Source: Verrucomicrobia bacterium UBA740
Lineage (GTDB): Bacteria; Verrucomicrobiota; Kiritimatiellia; RFP12; UBA1067
Direction of reading: 5' to 3'
Assembly: GCA_002298665.1 (NCBI GenBank)
Contig: DBKW01000074.1
Location: 1-30,859 of the forward strand
DNA: 30,859 nt
Shown here: positions 1-8,965 of the stretch, one piece after another
How positions within the stretch are numbered: position 1 is the stretch's first letter
Layout: each line of letters opens with the position of its first letter
Made by a program: the position numbers and the translations under genes
The notes under the pieces: generated by a model
Told to the model about the DNA's origin: nothing
Database searches by the model: none
The model's input: the letters and a program-made list of their open reading frames with translations, nothing else

Positions 1-56
1 CTGCGTATCTCTGCGTGAGATAAATTTAACCGTGTAGAAAATGTAGAGATGTAGAG
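1..56. repeat. short-period (8-10 bp) degenerate tandem repeats
   Basis: ctgcgt at 1 and 11; tgtagaaaa/tgtagaga/tgtagag at 33-56; truncated by the window edge. Confidence 0.45.
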
Positions 57-125
57 CGGGGGCCTCTCGGGAATGGCCGTGGAGATCAGGAGATCGTGGA
101 GAATGGGGCCGTGGAATCTCCAACG

Positions 126-151
126 GTAGGGGCGGCAGTCCCCTGCCGTCC
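126..151 (+). repeat. GTAG-headed GC-rich palindrome (REP-like) or terminator-region hairpin downstream of the acyltransferase
   Basis: GTAG + GGGCGGCAG-tccc-CTGCCGTCC, a 9-bp stem with one G-T pair. Confidence 0.35.
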
Positions 152-197
152 GCGCAGGATGGACGGGCGGGGAATCGCCTAGGCGCGGCGGGCGGCA

Positions 198-1136
198 CTA
201 CTGAACAAACCTTCTGGTGGACGGAATCGAACAGAAGACGGCGGCAAGGCCCAACGCACCGACCCAGGCAAGAAGCCAATCTAGCAGAACGACGCCCGGG
301 CCATAGGGCGCGGCGAAGACATGCTCCAGCAGAACATTGCCGAGACGCGCCGTCAACGGATGCATCAAGTAGACGCCTAAGCTCGTCTTCCCCAAGAATC
401 GGGCTACGGCGCTAATCCGTGGCGTCGCGAAACATGTGGGGAGACGTGCCGCAAACAGACAAAGCGGCACGCTCACCAGCAAATCGCGCAGCGTTGGATG
501 TACCCAGCTTTGAAGGGCCACATGCAGGATGAGAGCAAAAAGCGCACCCACGCCATACAGCCGCCAAGTCCCATATGAAACGCGCCGCAAGGCAATGCCG
601 AGCCATACAAAGCCGAATAGACGGAACATAAAATGTCCGTGGCCGTTCCAGTAGGGCATCAGAATCGAAAGTCCGATTCCCGATGCCGCAAGCATCAAGG
701 GGACGACAATCGACACGGGCTTGCGCAAGATGAACAACGCCATGACCTGTGTGTAGATAAGCGCAATAATAAACCAGAGATAACCGCCCGAACCGTATCC
801 CTTGAAGACAACGGATATCCAGAAGCCGATCTGCCCGTATTGGGCCAGACCCTCATGATGCACCATCTTCAGTATGAATTGGACGAAAAGAAAGACAAGC
901 GTCCAGAGGACATAGATTGGCACAAGGCGGCCCAGCCGATGGCGGAGCGATGCGCCGAGACCTTCCGGCAGAATGTGCGTGAAGTAACCGGCCAGCACCG
1001 CAAAAACAGCGACATTCATGCCGCAAAAATGGAGTATGGCCGAGCCAGCCGCCGTTCGCGGCTCCGTCAGCAAGTGACAACCCACGATGCCGAAGGCCGC
1101 AATACCGCGTAGAATATCTATTCCGTAAAGTCGCAT
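198..1136 (-). CDS. acyltransferase family 3 (OafA/YrhL-like membrane O-acyltransferase)
   Basis: N-terminal 'IDILRGIAAFGIVGCH', 'VAVFAVLAGYF', 'YLWFI', C-terminal 'LGKTSLGVYLMH'; about 10 hydrophobic segments. Confidence 0.85.
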   Translation of the reverse strand: MRLYGIDILRGIAAFGIVGCHLLTEPRTAAGSAILHFCGMNVAVFAVLAGYFTHILPEGLGASLRHRLGRLVPIYVLWTLVFLFVQFILKMVHHEGLAQYGQIGFWISVVFKGYGSGGYLWFIIALIYTQVMALFILRKPVSIVVPLMLAASGIGLSILMPYWNGHGHFMFRLFGFVWLGIALRRVSYGTWRLYGVGALFALILHVALQSWVHPTLRDLLVSVPLCLFAARLPTCFATPRISAVARFLGKTSLGVYLMHPLTARLGNVLLEHVFAAPYGPGVVLLDWLLAWVGALGLAAVFCSIPSTRRFVQ

Positions 1137-1180
1137 GGACGTGCCTCCCTATGTGGATTTATATACGATCTGCCTGCGGC

Positions 1181-1756
1181 TCACGCCTCGCCGAGGAGCG
1201 TGCGGAGACGGGCGGCGGAAGCTTCCCTGACGCGGGCGAAGAGGCTGTTGCCGTGGGCGTCCATGGCGACGACGCCGCGGAAGCCCTTCACGTCGAAGTG
1301 CCAGACGGCTTCCGCCGCGCCGAAGGCGTCCAGAAGCGAGACGCCCGCGACGCGCACGACGGACGCGGCGCTCAACGCGGCGGCGCCGCCCACGGCCTGG
1401 ATGTAGACGCAGCCGTGCTTCTTCATGGCCGCGAGCGTCGCTTCGTCCATGCCGCCCTTGCCGATGATGACACGCACGCCGCTGCGGGCGATGAAGTCCG
1501 GCTCGTAGGGATTTTCGCGCACGCTCGTCGTGGGGCCCGCGGCCACGACGCGCCAGCCGGCGCCGTCGGGCAGGACGACCGGTCCGCAATGGTAGAGGGC
1601 GCCGTCCGTGAAGTCGACGGGGAGCGGGCCGCCGTCGGCGAAGTACTTGTGGAACTTGTCGCGTCCGGTGTAGACGCGGCCGGTCAGCGCGACGGCGTCG
1701 CCCGCTTTCAGGGCGCGGACTTTCTCTTCCGTGTAGGGGTAGGACAATTCGATCAT
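1181..1756 (-). CDS. class I fumarate hydratase / L-tartrate dehydratase beta subunit (Fe-S hydro-lyase C-terminal part)
   Basis: 'LKAGDAVALTGRVYTGRD', 'YHCGPV', 'AAGPTTSVR', 'IIGKGGM', 'VAMDAHGNSLF'. Confidence 0.92.
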   Translation of the reverse strand: MIELSYPYTEEKVRALKAGDAVALTGRVYTGRDKFHKYFADGGPLPVDFTDGALYHCGPVVLPDGAGWRVVAAGPTTSVRENPYEPDFIARSGVRVIIGKGGMDEATLAAMKKHGCVYIQAVGGAAALSAASVVRVAGVSLLDAFGAAEAVWHFDVKGFRGVVAMDAHGNSLFARVREASAARLRTLLGEA

Positions 1757-1766
1757 GGCGGGGTCC

Positions 1767-2591
1767 TCAAATCAGCAGGGTGCGGCGGCGCGCCGCCCAG
1801 CACATGTAGGCGACGGTCACGAAGAAGCTCGCGGGCACGCGCGGACGGGCGGCGATCTTGAGTCCGAGCAGGGTCGTGCGGCCGCCGAGGCCCATGGGGC
1901 CGATGCCGAGCGTGTTGGCGTCCGCGAGAACCGACGCCTCCAGACTGGCGAGCGCCGGGTCGGGCGCCTGGTCCGCGAGGTCGCGCAGGAGCTGTTCCTT
2001 CGCCGTTTCGAAGCCGGTCGCGCGATCGCCGCCGATGCACACGCCCAGGATCCCGGGGGCGCAGCCGTAGCCCTGCGTTTTTTGCACGGCGTCCAGCAGG
2101 CAGGCGCGCACGCCCTGCAGATCGCGTCCCGCGCCGAGCGCGGCGTCCGGCAGGGAATACTGGCGCGACATGTTTTCCGACCCGCCGCCCTTCATCAAGA
2201 GCGTCACGCCCGGGCGGTCGCAATAATGGACGACGGGGGCGCCGTCCGCGCAGTTGTCGTCGTGGGAGGCGCCGGTGACTGCGTCGAAGCAATTCTTGCG
2301 CAGCCAGCCCTGGCGGGTGGCTTCGGCGACGGCGGCGCGGATGACGGCCGGGGTGACGCGGGGGCGCAGGGCGGCGTCCACGAAGAACGTCAGCGTGCCC
2401 GTGTCCTGGCACATGGGCGTGCCTTGCGCGCGGGCGAGTTCCACGTTGTCCAGGATCGTCTTCAGGATCAGCGCGGCGGAAGAGCCCTTCTCTTCGCGAC
2501 ACTGCGCCTCCCGCAGGGCGCGCGTCACGTCCGGCGCCAGCGCGGAACTCGTTTCACGGATGAGATTCGCAATCTTTTCTGTCAGGGTCAT
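1767..2591 (-). CDS. class I fumarate hydratase / L-tartrate dehydratase alpha subunit
   Basis: 'PMCQDTG', 'KGGGSENMS', 'GCAPGILGVCIGG', 'LGIGPMGLGGRTT', 'MCWAARR'. Confidence 0.92.
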   Translation of the reverse strand: MTLTEKIANLIRETSSALAPDVTRALREAQCREEKGSSAALILKTILDNVELARAQGTPMCQDTGTLTFFVDAALRPRVTPAVIRAAVAEATRQGWLRKNCFDAVTGASHDDNCADGAPVVHYCDRPGVTLLMKGGGSENMSRQYSLPDAALGAGRDLQGVRACLLDAVQKTQGYGCAPGILGVCIGGDRATGFETAKEQLLRDLADQAPDPALASLEASVLADANTLGIGPMGLGGRTTLLGLKIAARPRVPASFFVTVAYMCWAARRRTLLI

Positions 2592-3147
2592 AGGTTTCGT
2601 TCGCGTTCGTGGCGGCGTCCGCGGCGTTTTTAGCGGCGCGGCGCGCGCGGAAGAAGTCCTGCAAAACGGCTTTTGAGGCGTCCTCCAAGACGCCGGAACG
2701 GACTTCCGGATGATGGTTGATGCCGGGATGGTCGAAGATGTGGAAGACGGTGCCGCCGCCGCGCTTGGGGTCCGAGACGCCCCAGACGACGGTGCCGACG
2801 CGCGCGAGGATGATGGCGCCGGCGCACATGGGGCAAGGCTCTTTGGTGACGTAGAGGCGCGTATGCGTCAGGCGCCAGTTGCCTTTCGCCTGGAAGGCGG
2901 CGGAGAGCGCGAGCATTTCGGCGTGGGCCGTCGCGTCGCAGAGCTGTTCGGTCTGGTTGTGGGCGCGGCCGAGGATGCGCGCCTGGGCCGGCGCGAGGTC
3001 CGGGAGCGGGTTGCCGTCCGGGCCCAAGGCGTCCGCCGGCAGTTCGACGATGACGCAACCCGTGGGCACCTCGCCGTCCGCCGCGGCTTTTTGCGCCTCG
3101 CGCAGGGCCATCGCCATGAAATATTCGTCGAACGCGGCCAGCGTCAT
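2554..3147 (-). CDS. tadA: tRNA-specific adenosine deaminase
   Basis: 'FMAMALREA..A..GEVP.G', 'DATAHAEM', 'LYVTKEPCPMCAGAI', 'DPKRGG', 'LQDFFRARR'. Confidence 0.9.
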   Translation of the reverse strand: MTLAAFDEYFMAMALREAQKAAADGEVPTGCVIVELPADALGPDGNPLPDLAPAQARILGRAHNQTEQLCDATAHAEMLALSAAFQAKGNWRLTHTRLYVTKEPCPMCAGAIILARVGTVVWGVSDPKRGGGTVFHIFDHPGINHHPEVRSGVLEDASKAVLQDFFRARRAAKNAADAATNANETYDPDRKDCESHP

Positions 3148-4322
3148 GGCGTCACGAGCCTTTCCGCCGCCTGTACGTAGGCGGAACCTGTTTTCGCCGC
3201 GTCGAACTGTTCGCGCGCGAGCCGGTGCGCCCCCGCGCGCATTTCGGGCAGCCGCGGCGGAAGCGTCCGCAAAGACTGGGCGAGGGATTCGGGCGACCCG
3301 GCCTCGTAGGACACGCCCGCGCCGTAGCGCGCCAGGAGGTCCGCGCTCTCGCCGGCGAGCGAACTGGCGACGGCCAGTCCCGCGGCGGAATAGTCGACGA
3401 GCTTGTTGGGGATGCCCACGCAGCTATCGGCCCGCATGGGAATGAGGCCCACGGTAGCGCGCGCGAGGAGCGCGGACATTTCGGGGGCGGGCAGATAGCC
3501 GTGGAAACGCACGCGGCCGGCGAGACCGTGCGCGCGCACGAACGCCTTCAGGGACGGCTCCCGGCAGCCCGCCCCGGCCAGGTCGAGCGTCGCTTCGGGG
3601 ACGAGCAAGAGCGCGCGGAGGACCGTCCCCAGATCGTAGGTTTTGCCCATGGCGCCGACGTAGACGAGCGCGAGGCGGGGGGACGCGTCCGGTCCGGCTG
3701 GTTCCGCCACGGGCAGAGGAGTGGCGTGGGAGAGGTGGAGGACGTTGCGGGCGCCCATCCGGCGGGCGCGGTCGCAGTAGCGTTGGGAGACGCCGATCAC
3801 GAGATCCGCCCCGCGCATGTCGGCGCGGACGGTGCGCAACAGGGGCGCGAAGAGAAGCGGGGCAAGCGTGCGCAGAGGGCCGGGCAGAAGGCGGTAGAAC
3901 GTCTCGGGCCACGCGTCCATGACGTCCACCACCAGTTTGGCGCCGAAACGCCGCGCAAGACGGCGGGCGACGGGTCCGGTCGCCAAAGGCGGCGAAGAGA
4001 CGACGAGGACGTCGGGACGGGGCAGGGACGGGTCGCGCGCGAGGCGTTCCCAGGCGCGCGCATAGGCGGCATGACTCCGGATGCGCGCCAGGCCGACGTT
4101 GGACTTGTAGGGCGGGGTGGGCACGAGACGGACCGAGACGCCCTCCGCCTCGAAGGACGCGGGCAGGCGCCGGGGCGCCTTGAGCGTGTGGTTGAACGAA
4201 CTGGTCCAGTAGAGGACGCGGTGGCCGGCCGCGGCGAAAGCGCGCGCCACGAGCCAGAAGCGCATGGGACGCCCGCCTTCGCGCGGCAGGTTGTCGAACG
4301 GATTCTCTATCCAGACCGTCAC
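3144..4322 (-). CDS. glycosyltransferase family 4 (GT-B)
   Basis: 'PDVLVVSSPP', 'LVVDVMDAWPE', 'LVYVGAMG', 'IPNKLVDYSAAGLAV'; 4-bp overlap with tadA start. Confidence 0.85.
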   Translation of the reverse strand: MTVWIENPFDNLPREGGRPMRFWLVARAFAAAGHRVLYWTSSFNHTLKAPRRLPASFEAEGVSVRLVPTPPYKSNVGLARIRSHAAYARAWERLARDPSLPRPDVLVVSSPPLATGPVARRLARRFGAKLVVDVMDAWPETFYRLLPGPLRTLAPLLFAPLLRTVRADMRGADLVIGVSQRYCDRARRMGARNVLHLSHATPLPVAEPAGPDASPRLALVYVGAMGKTYDLGTVLRALLLVPEATLDLAGAGCREPSLKAFVRAHGLAGRVRFHGYLPAPEMSALLARATVGLIPMRADSCVGIPNKLVDYSAAGLAVASSLAGESADLLARYGAGVSYEAGSPESLAQSLRTLPPRLPEMRAGAHRLAREQFDAAKTGSAYVQAAERLVTP

Positions 4323-4325
4323 GGA

Positions 4326-5384
4326 TCAAGCCTGTCCGCGGCAGCGGCCGTCCTCGCGCTTGGGGCAGCAGGGTTGCGCGGGCGCGGTTTGACCCATGCA
4401 ACGGTAGCACACCTCGTTTGCGAGCGGCTGGTTCGAGAAGAACGCGTCCAGGTTCGCCAGCGTCGTCGTGGCGATGTTCGCGAGCGCCTCGTGGGTCAGG
4501 AAGGCCTGGTGGGAGGTCACGATGACGTTCGGCATGGAAACGAGCAACGCCAAAATCTTGTTCTGGCGCACGGTGGCGGAGCGGTCCTCGTAGAACCAGC
4601 CGCTTTCCTCCTCGTAGACGTCCAGCGCCGCGGCGCCGATATGGCCGCTGCGCAAGGCCGCGAGCAGCGCGTCGCTTTCCACGAGCGCGCCGCGCGAGGT
4701 GTTCACGAGGATCACGCCCGGCTTCATCTTGGAGATTGTCGTGTGGTTGATCATGTGGTGCGTCTCGGGGGTCAGCGGACAGTGCAGGGAAATGACGTCC
4801 GCCTTCGCGAGCAGTTCGTCGAGCGAGACGTAGTTCAGCCCCGTCGCCGGATTCGGGAAGGCGTCGTAGGCGAGCACGTTCATGCCGAAGCCCTTGCAGA
4901 TGTCGCAGAAGACGCGGCCGATCTTGCCTGTGCCAATCACACCGACGGTCTTGCCGTGGAGGTCGTGGCCCGTGAGCCCGACGAGCGAGAAGTTGAAGTC
5001 GCGCGTGCGCGCCGCGGCTTTGTGGATGTGGCGGTTGAGGGTCATCAGCAGGGAGGCGGCGTGCTCCGCTACCGCGTAGGGCGAGTAGGCCGGCACGCGC
5101 ACGACCGAAAGCCCCTTCTCGTAGGCGGCCTTGAGATCCACGTTGTTGTAGCCCGCGCAGCGCATGGCCAGAATACGGATGCCGTGCGCGACGAGCCCCT
5201 CGACGACCTGGGCGTTGATCTCGTCGTTGACGAACGCGCACGCCGCCGAACAGCCGTCCAAGAGCGGCAGGGAGGCCGGACGCAGGCGTGTCTCGAAATA
5301 GCTCAGTTCGTAGCGTCCGCGGTTCAGCGCGTCGAACGACTCGCGGTCGTAGGGCTTTGCATCAAAAAAAGCGACTTTCTTCAT
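4326..5384 (-). CDS. ldhA: D-lactate dehydrogenase (D-2-hydroxyacid dehydrogenase)
   Basis: 'MRCAGYNNVDL', 'VRVPAYSPYAVAEHA', 'VGVIGTGKIG', 'LHCPLTPETHHMIN', 'NTSRGALV', 'NVIVTSHQAFLT'; ATG 5384 follows an AAGGAAAGGA RBS. Confidence 0.9.
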   Translation of the reverse strand: MKKVAFFDAKPYDRESFDALNRGRYELSYFETRLRPASLPLLDGCSAACAFVNDEINAQVVEGLVAHGIRILAMRCAGYNNVDLKAAYEKGLSVVRVPAYSPYAVAEHAASLLMTLNRHIHKAAARTRDFNFSLVGLTGHDLHGKTVGVIGTGKIGRVFCDICKGFGMNVLAYDAFPNPATGLNYVSLDELLAKADVISLHCPLTPETHHMINHTTISKMKPGVILVNTSRGALVESDALLAALRSGHIGAAALDVYEEESGWFYEDRSATVRQNKILALLVSMPNVIVTSHQAFLTHEALANIATTTLANLDAFFSNQPLANEVCYRCMGQTAPAQPCCPKREDGRCRGQA

Positions 5385-5420
5385 GTTTCTTCCTTTCCTT
5401 GATTCCTTGGTTTGAGTTCT

Positions 5421-5429
5421 ATTATACCA
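5421..5429 (-). promoter_or_regulatory. extended -10 sigma70 promoter for the ldhA unit
   Basis: TGGTATAAT on the minus strand about 37 nt upstream of the ATG; no clear -35. Confidence 0.65.
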
Positions 5430-5452
5430 CATTGTGCGCCCGAATACGAGCC

Positions 5453-7492
5453 TCAGCGCCGCCAGTGCGTCTTGAAGGCGCCGGCCGGGCCGGAGCCGCG
5501 GGATGCGCCCGGCCCCGGGCGCTGTCCGTAAGTCCCGCTACGCGCGGGCGGCGGCAGGTAGATGGACGAACGGCGCTTTTCGACGAGGTCCGCCGGGATT
5601 TCCTTCACGAACACGGACGGCTCCACGGGGAGGATGCCGCCGTCGGACATCGTGCGGACCGTCGGCGCGAACAGGAAGAGTTCGTCCTTCGCGCGGGTCA
5701 CCGCCACATAGAACAGGCGGCGCTCCTCGTCCAGGTGGTTTTCCTCCAACGCCTTCGCGGACGGGAAGAGGCCCTGCGAGCACCAGGGCACGAATACGAC
5801 CGGCCATTCCATGCCCTTGGCCTGGTGGACCGTCGAGAGCGTGACGCGGTCGTCCTTGGGCTGGTTGCGCCGGGCGTCGAGATTCGTCAGGAGCGCGACA
5901 TCCGAGAGGAAGCCCGCGAGCCCGCCGTCGGACGCGGCGATCTGCGCCCCCAGTTCGTGGACGTCCGCCAAGCGTTCCTCGGCGTCCGCCGGCTCCCATT
6001 CGGCGCGCAGATAGTCCTCGTAGAAGAAGTCGAGGTAATCGTCGATGAGGTCGCCGATCTCGTTCGCCTCCAGATGCGCGGCGGAATCGGCGAAGCACTT
6101 GGAAAGCGCCGGCCAGACGATTTTGGCTTTCGCGCCGAGAAGCCCGCCCAGCTTGTCGCGATCCGCCGCGTCGTGGCAATCGAAGCGGCCGGAGAGCTTC
6201 TTCCAGAGCGTCGCGGCCGTTTTTTCGCCCACGCCCGGCAAGAGCGTGGCGAACCGGCGGAAGGAAAGTTCGTCCGTCGGGCAGAGCAGGAGACGCAGGT
6301 AGGCCAGGACGTCTTTGACGTGGATCTGCTCGAACACGCCCACGCCGGAGGTGATGCGGAACGGGATGCCCTGCCGCGCCAGCGTCATCTGTATTTCGAT
6401 GGACTGGAAGTGGCTGCGGTAGAGAACCGCCATATCCGCATAGCGATAGCCGTTTTCGCGCACGATCTGGATGCGGTTGAGGATTTCCGCCGCCTGGGTG
6501 CGGCCGTCGAACACCGAGTAGAGGATGGGAAGCAGTCCGGCGCCGCCGCGCGCAGGGCGCAATTTCTTCTCGAATCGCTGCGGCGCGTCCTTCATCACGG
6601 TATTGGCGACGTCGAGAATGCCGGGGACGGAGCGGTAATTGCGTTCCAGCTTGACGATCCGGCAGCCTTTCCAGCGCTTGGGGAAGTCGAGGATGTTCTC
6701 GATCTGGGCGCCGCGCCAGGTGTAGATGCACTGGAAGTCGTCGCCGACGGCCATGATGTTGCGGTGGCGCGCGGCCAGGATGTCCGTGAACTCGGCTTGC
6801 AGGCCGTTTGTGTCCTGGTATTCGTCCACGAGCACGTAGAGGAAGTGCTCCTGGAGCATTTCGCGCACGCGGTCGACGGTCTTGAGCAACTTGAGTCCGT
6901 TGACGAGCAGATCGTCGAAGTCCATCGCGTTGAGTTCGCGCTTGCGTTTGTCGTACGCCGCCGCGACCGCCACGATCTCCTCGGGCGTGAAACCCGCCTC
7001 GCGCGTCTGCCAGCGGGCGGCGATGTCGGCGATCGGCTTGGATTCGTTCGCCGCCTCCGAAATCATCTTGGCGACGACTTCCTTCTTGGGGAAGGACTTG
7101 GGGTCCTTGACCGTCGCCTTGATGATTTCGTTGAGGAGCTTCTTCTGATCGTCGTCGTCAATGATGGAAAAGCCGGGCGAATAGCCCAGGAACGTCCCGT
7201 AGCGGCGCAGGAAGCGCGCGCAGATCGAGTGGAAGGTTCCGCTCCAGATCGCGTACGCCTCGGGTCCAACGACCTTTTCGGCGCGCTCCATCATTTCGCG
7301 CGCGGCGCGGTTCGTGAAGGTCAGAAGGAGAATGCGGTCGGGGGGGACGCCCTGCTCGACCAGATACGCCACGCGGTGCACGAGCGTGCGGGTCTTGCCG
7401 GTTCCCGCCGCCGCCAGCACGAGAATGGGGCCGTCGGGCGCCGTCGCCGCGGCGCATTGTTCGGGGTTCAGCAGTTTCGAGAAATCTGTCAT
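5453..7492 (-). CDS. UvrD/PcrA/Rep family ATP-dependent DNA helicase
   Basis: 'LNPEQ', 'AAAGTGKT', 'LLLTFTNRAAREM', 'GTFHS', 'LVDEYQDTN', 'VGDDFQCIY.WRGA', 'LERNYRS', 'STVHQAKGMEW', 'EERRLFYVAVTRAK'. Confidence 0.95.
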   Translation of the reverse strand: MTDFSKLLNPEQCAAATAPDGPILVLAAAGTGKTRTLVHRVAYLVEQGVPPDRILLLTFTNRAAREMMERAEKVVGPEAYAIWSGTFHSICARFLRRYGTFLGYSPGFSIIDDDDQKKLLNEIIKATVKDPKSFPKKEVVAKMISEAANESKPIADIAARWQTREAGFTPEEIVAVAAAYDKRKRELNAMDFDDLLVNGLKLLKTVDRVREMLQEHFLYVLVDEYQDTNGLQAEFTDILAARHRNIMAVGDDFQCIYTWRGAQIENILDFPKRWKGCRIVKLERNYRSVPGILDVANTVMKDAPQRFEKKLRPARGGAGLLPILYSVFDGRTQAAEILNRIQIVRENGYRYADMAVLYRSHFQSIEIQMTLARQGIPFRITSGVGVFEQIHVKDVLAYLRLLLCPTDELSFRRFATLLPGVGEKTAATLWKKLSGRFDCHDAADRDKLGGLLGAKAKIVWPALSKCFADSAAHLEANEIGDLIDDYLDFFYEDYLRAEWEPADAEERLADVHELGAQIAASDGGLAGFLSDVALLTNLDARRNQPKDDRVTLSTVHQAKGMEWPVVFVPWCSQGLFPSAKALEENHLDEERRLFYVAVTRAKDELFLFAPTVRTMSDGGILPVEPSVFVKEIPADLVEKRRSSIYLPPPARSGTYGQRPGPGASRGSGPAGAFKTHWRR

Positions 7493-7493
7493 G

Positions 7494-8237
7494 TCAAACG
7501 TTTCCGGTTAGAAGTTGCAGCTGGGCCAAAAGAGCGACAAGGGCCGTATCCGTGCGCAGGATGCGCGTCCCGAGCGAATAGCGGGCGAATCCACGCTCTT
7601 CGAGGCGTGCGAGTTCCGCGTCCGTCCAGCCGCCTTCGGGCCCCACGGCGAGGAGCGGGCGCACCGATCCGTCCGCGGCAAAGGCGGGGCGGGTGGTTGC
7701 GCCGGGATGGGCGACGAGCCGGAGTCTTCCCGGGAAAAGCGCGTCCAGTTCGTCCGACAGAAACGCGCGGAAGTTGCGCCGCACGAGGAGACGCGGCAGA
7801 ATGGTCGTGCCCGCCTGCATCAGCCCTTCGATGAACAAAGGACGGTAATTCTCCTCTTTCAGAAGCGTCGCGCCCCAGAAGTCTTTTTCCACTTTCTGTG
7901 CACCCGCGAGCACGATCGTCCCGACGCCCAAGGACGCCAGCTGGGGCAAGAGACGCTTGAGAACGCGCGGACGGGGCGGGGCCAGAACGAGGTCGATCCA
8001 GGGTTGCGGCGAGGGGCGGTCGTGCGCAAGCGCCACGGTCACGCGCGCCCGGCACGGAATCTCCCCGTTTTCGATTGCCGTAATCGTGCCGGTTCCGAGC
8101 GGGCCGTCCACTTCGCCCGTTTTCAGCGTCTGGCCGACTTCGCCGTGCAGGACCGCGAGGACGTGTTCGGCGCGGGGACCGTCGAACGTGGCGCGCCCGT
8201 CCGCTATTTCGTCCGCCTCGAAGAGGATGCGGTTCAC
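7494..8237 (-). CDS. rsmE: 16S rRNA m3U1498 methyltransferase (RsmE family)
   Basis: 'LLAVGPEGGWT..E', 'SLGTRILRTDTA'; GTG start at 8237 overlaps the upstream TGA. Confidence 0.88.
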   Translation of the reverse strand: MNRILFEADEIADGRATFDGPRAEHVLAVLHGEVGQTLKTGEVDGPLGTGTITAIENGEIPCRARVTVALAHDRPSPQPWIDLVLAPPRPRVLKRLLPQLASLGVGTIVLAGAQKVEKDFWGATLLKEENYRPLFIEGLMQAGTTILPRLLVRRNFRAFLSDELDALFPGRLRLVAHPGATTRPAFAADGSVRPLLAVGPEGGWTDAELARLEERGFARYSLGTRILRTDTALVALLAQLQLLTGNV

Positions 8238-8965
8238 TTGGCCGCCTCCCGGCGTTCCGCCAGCGCGCGCGCCACGTCGGGCACCGCGTCCAGCAAGCGC
8301 CGCGTATAGTCGCTCGCCGGGTTCGCGAAGACCTGTTCCGCGGGGCCGGCGTCCACGAAAACGCCCTTCTGCATCACGCAAATCGTGTCGCACACGTTCT
8401 TGACGACGGCGAGGTCATGGGCGATGAGCAGGATGGCGAGCCCCGTTTCCCTGCGAAGGTCGCGCAGGATGTTGAGGACGCGCGCCTGGACCGACACGTC
8501 CAGCGCCGAGACGGGTTCGTCCGCCACCAATACGTCCGGACGGCAGGCGAGCGCGCGCGCAATCGAGACGCGTTGGCACTGACCGCCCGACATTTCGCGC
8601 GGATATTGGTCCAGCACCGCGTTGGGAAGTCCCACCCGCGCCAGCAAATCCTCAGGGGACTGGGGATTGCGCTTGATTTTCAGGACCTCCGCCAGCGTCT
8701 GGCGGGTCGTCATGCGCGGATTCAGCGAGCCGACGGCGTCCTGGAAGACCATCTGCACGGATGCCGCATGCACCGCGAGCCGTCCGTCGGAAGGCTTGTT
8801 CAGGCCCATGACCGTGCGCGCGATCGTCGACTTGCCCGAGCCCGATTCGCCCACGATGCCCAGAATCTCGCCTTTGGAAAGCGTAAACGACACGCCCCGC
8901 ACGGCCTCGAACGTGCCGTACGAGACGCGCAGATCTTCCGCTTCCAGCAACAGGGGCGCGCTCAC
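8234..8965 (-). CDS. ABC transporter ATP-binding protein (oligopeptide/dipeptide/nickel, OppF-like)
   Basis: Walker A 'GESGSGKST', 'QMVFQD..GSLNPR', signature 'YPREMSGGQCQR', 'ADEPVSALDVSVQA'; GTGA overlap with argH stop. Confidence 0.9.
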   Translation of the reverse strand: MSAPLLLEAEDLRVSYGTFEAVRGVSFTLSKGEILGIVGESGSGKSTIARTVMGLNKPSDGRLAVHAASVQMVFQDAVGSLNPRMTTRQTLAEVLKIKRNPQSPEDLLARVGLPNAVLDQYPREMSGGQCQRVSIARALACRPDVLVADEPVSALDVSVQARVLNILRDLRRETGLAILLIAHDLAVVKNVCDTICVMQKGVFVDAGPAEQVFANPASDYTRRLLDAVPDVARALAERREAAK

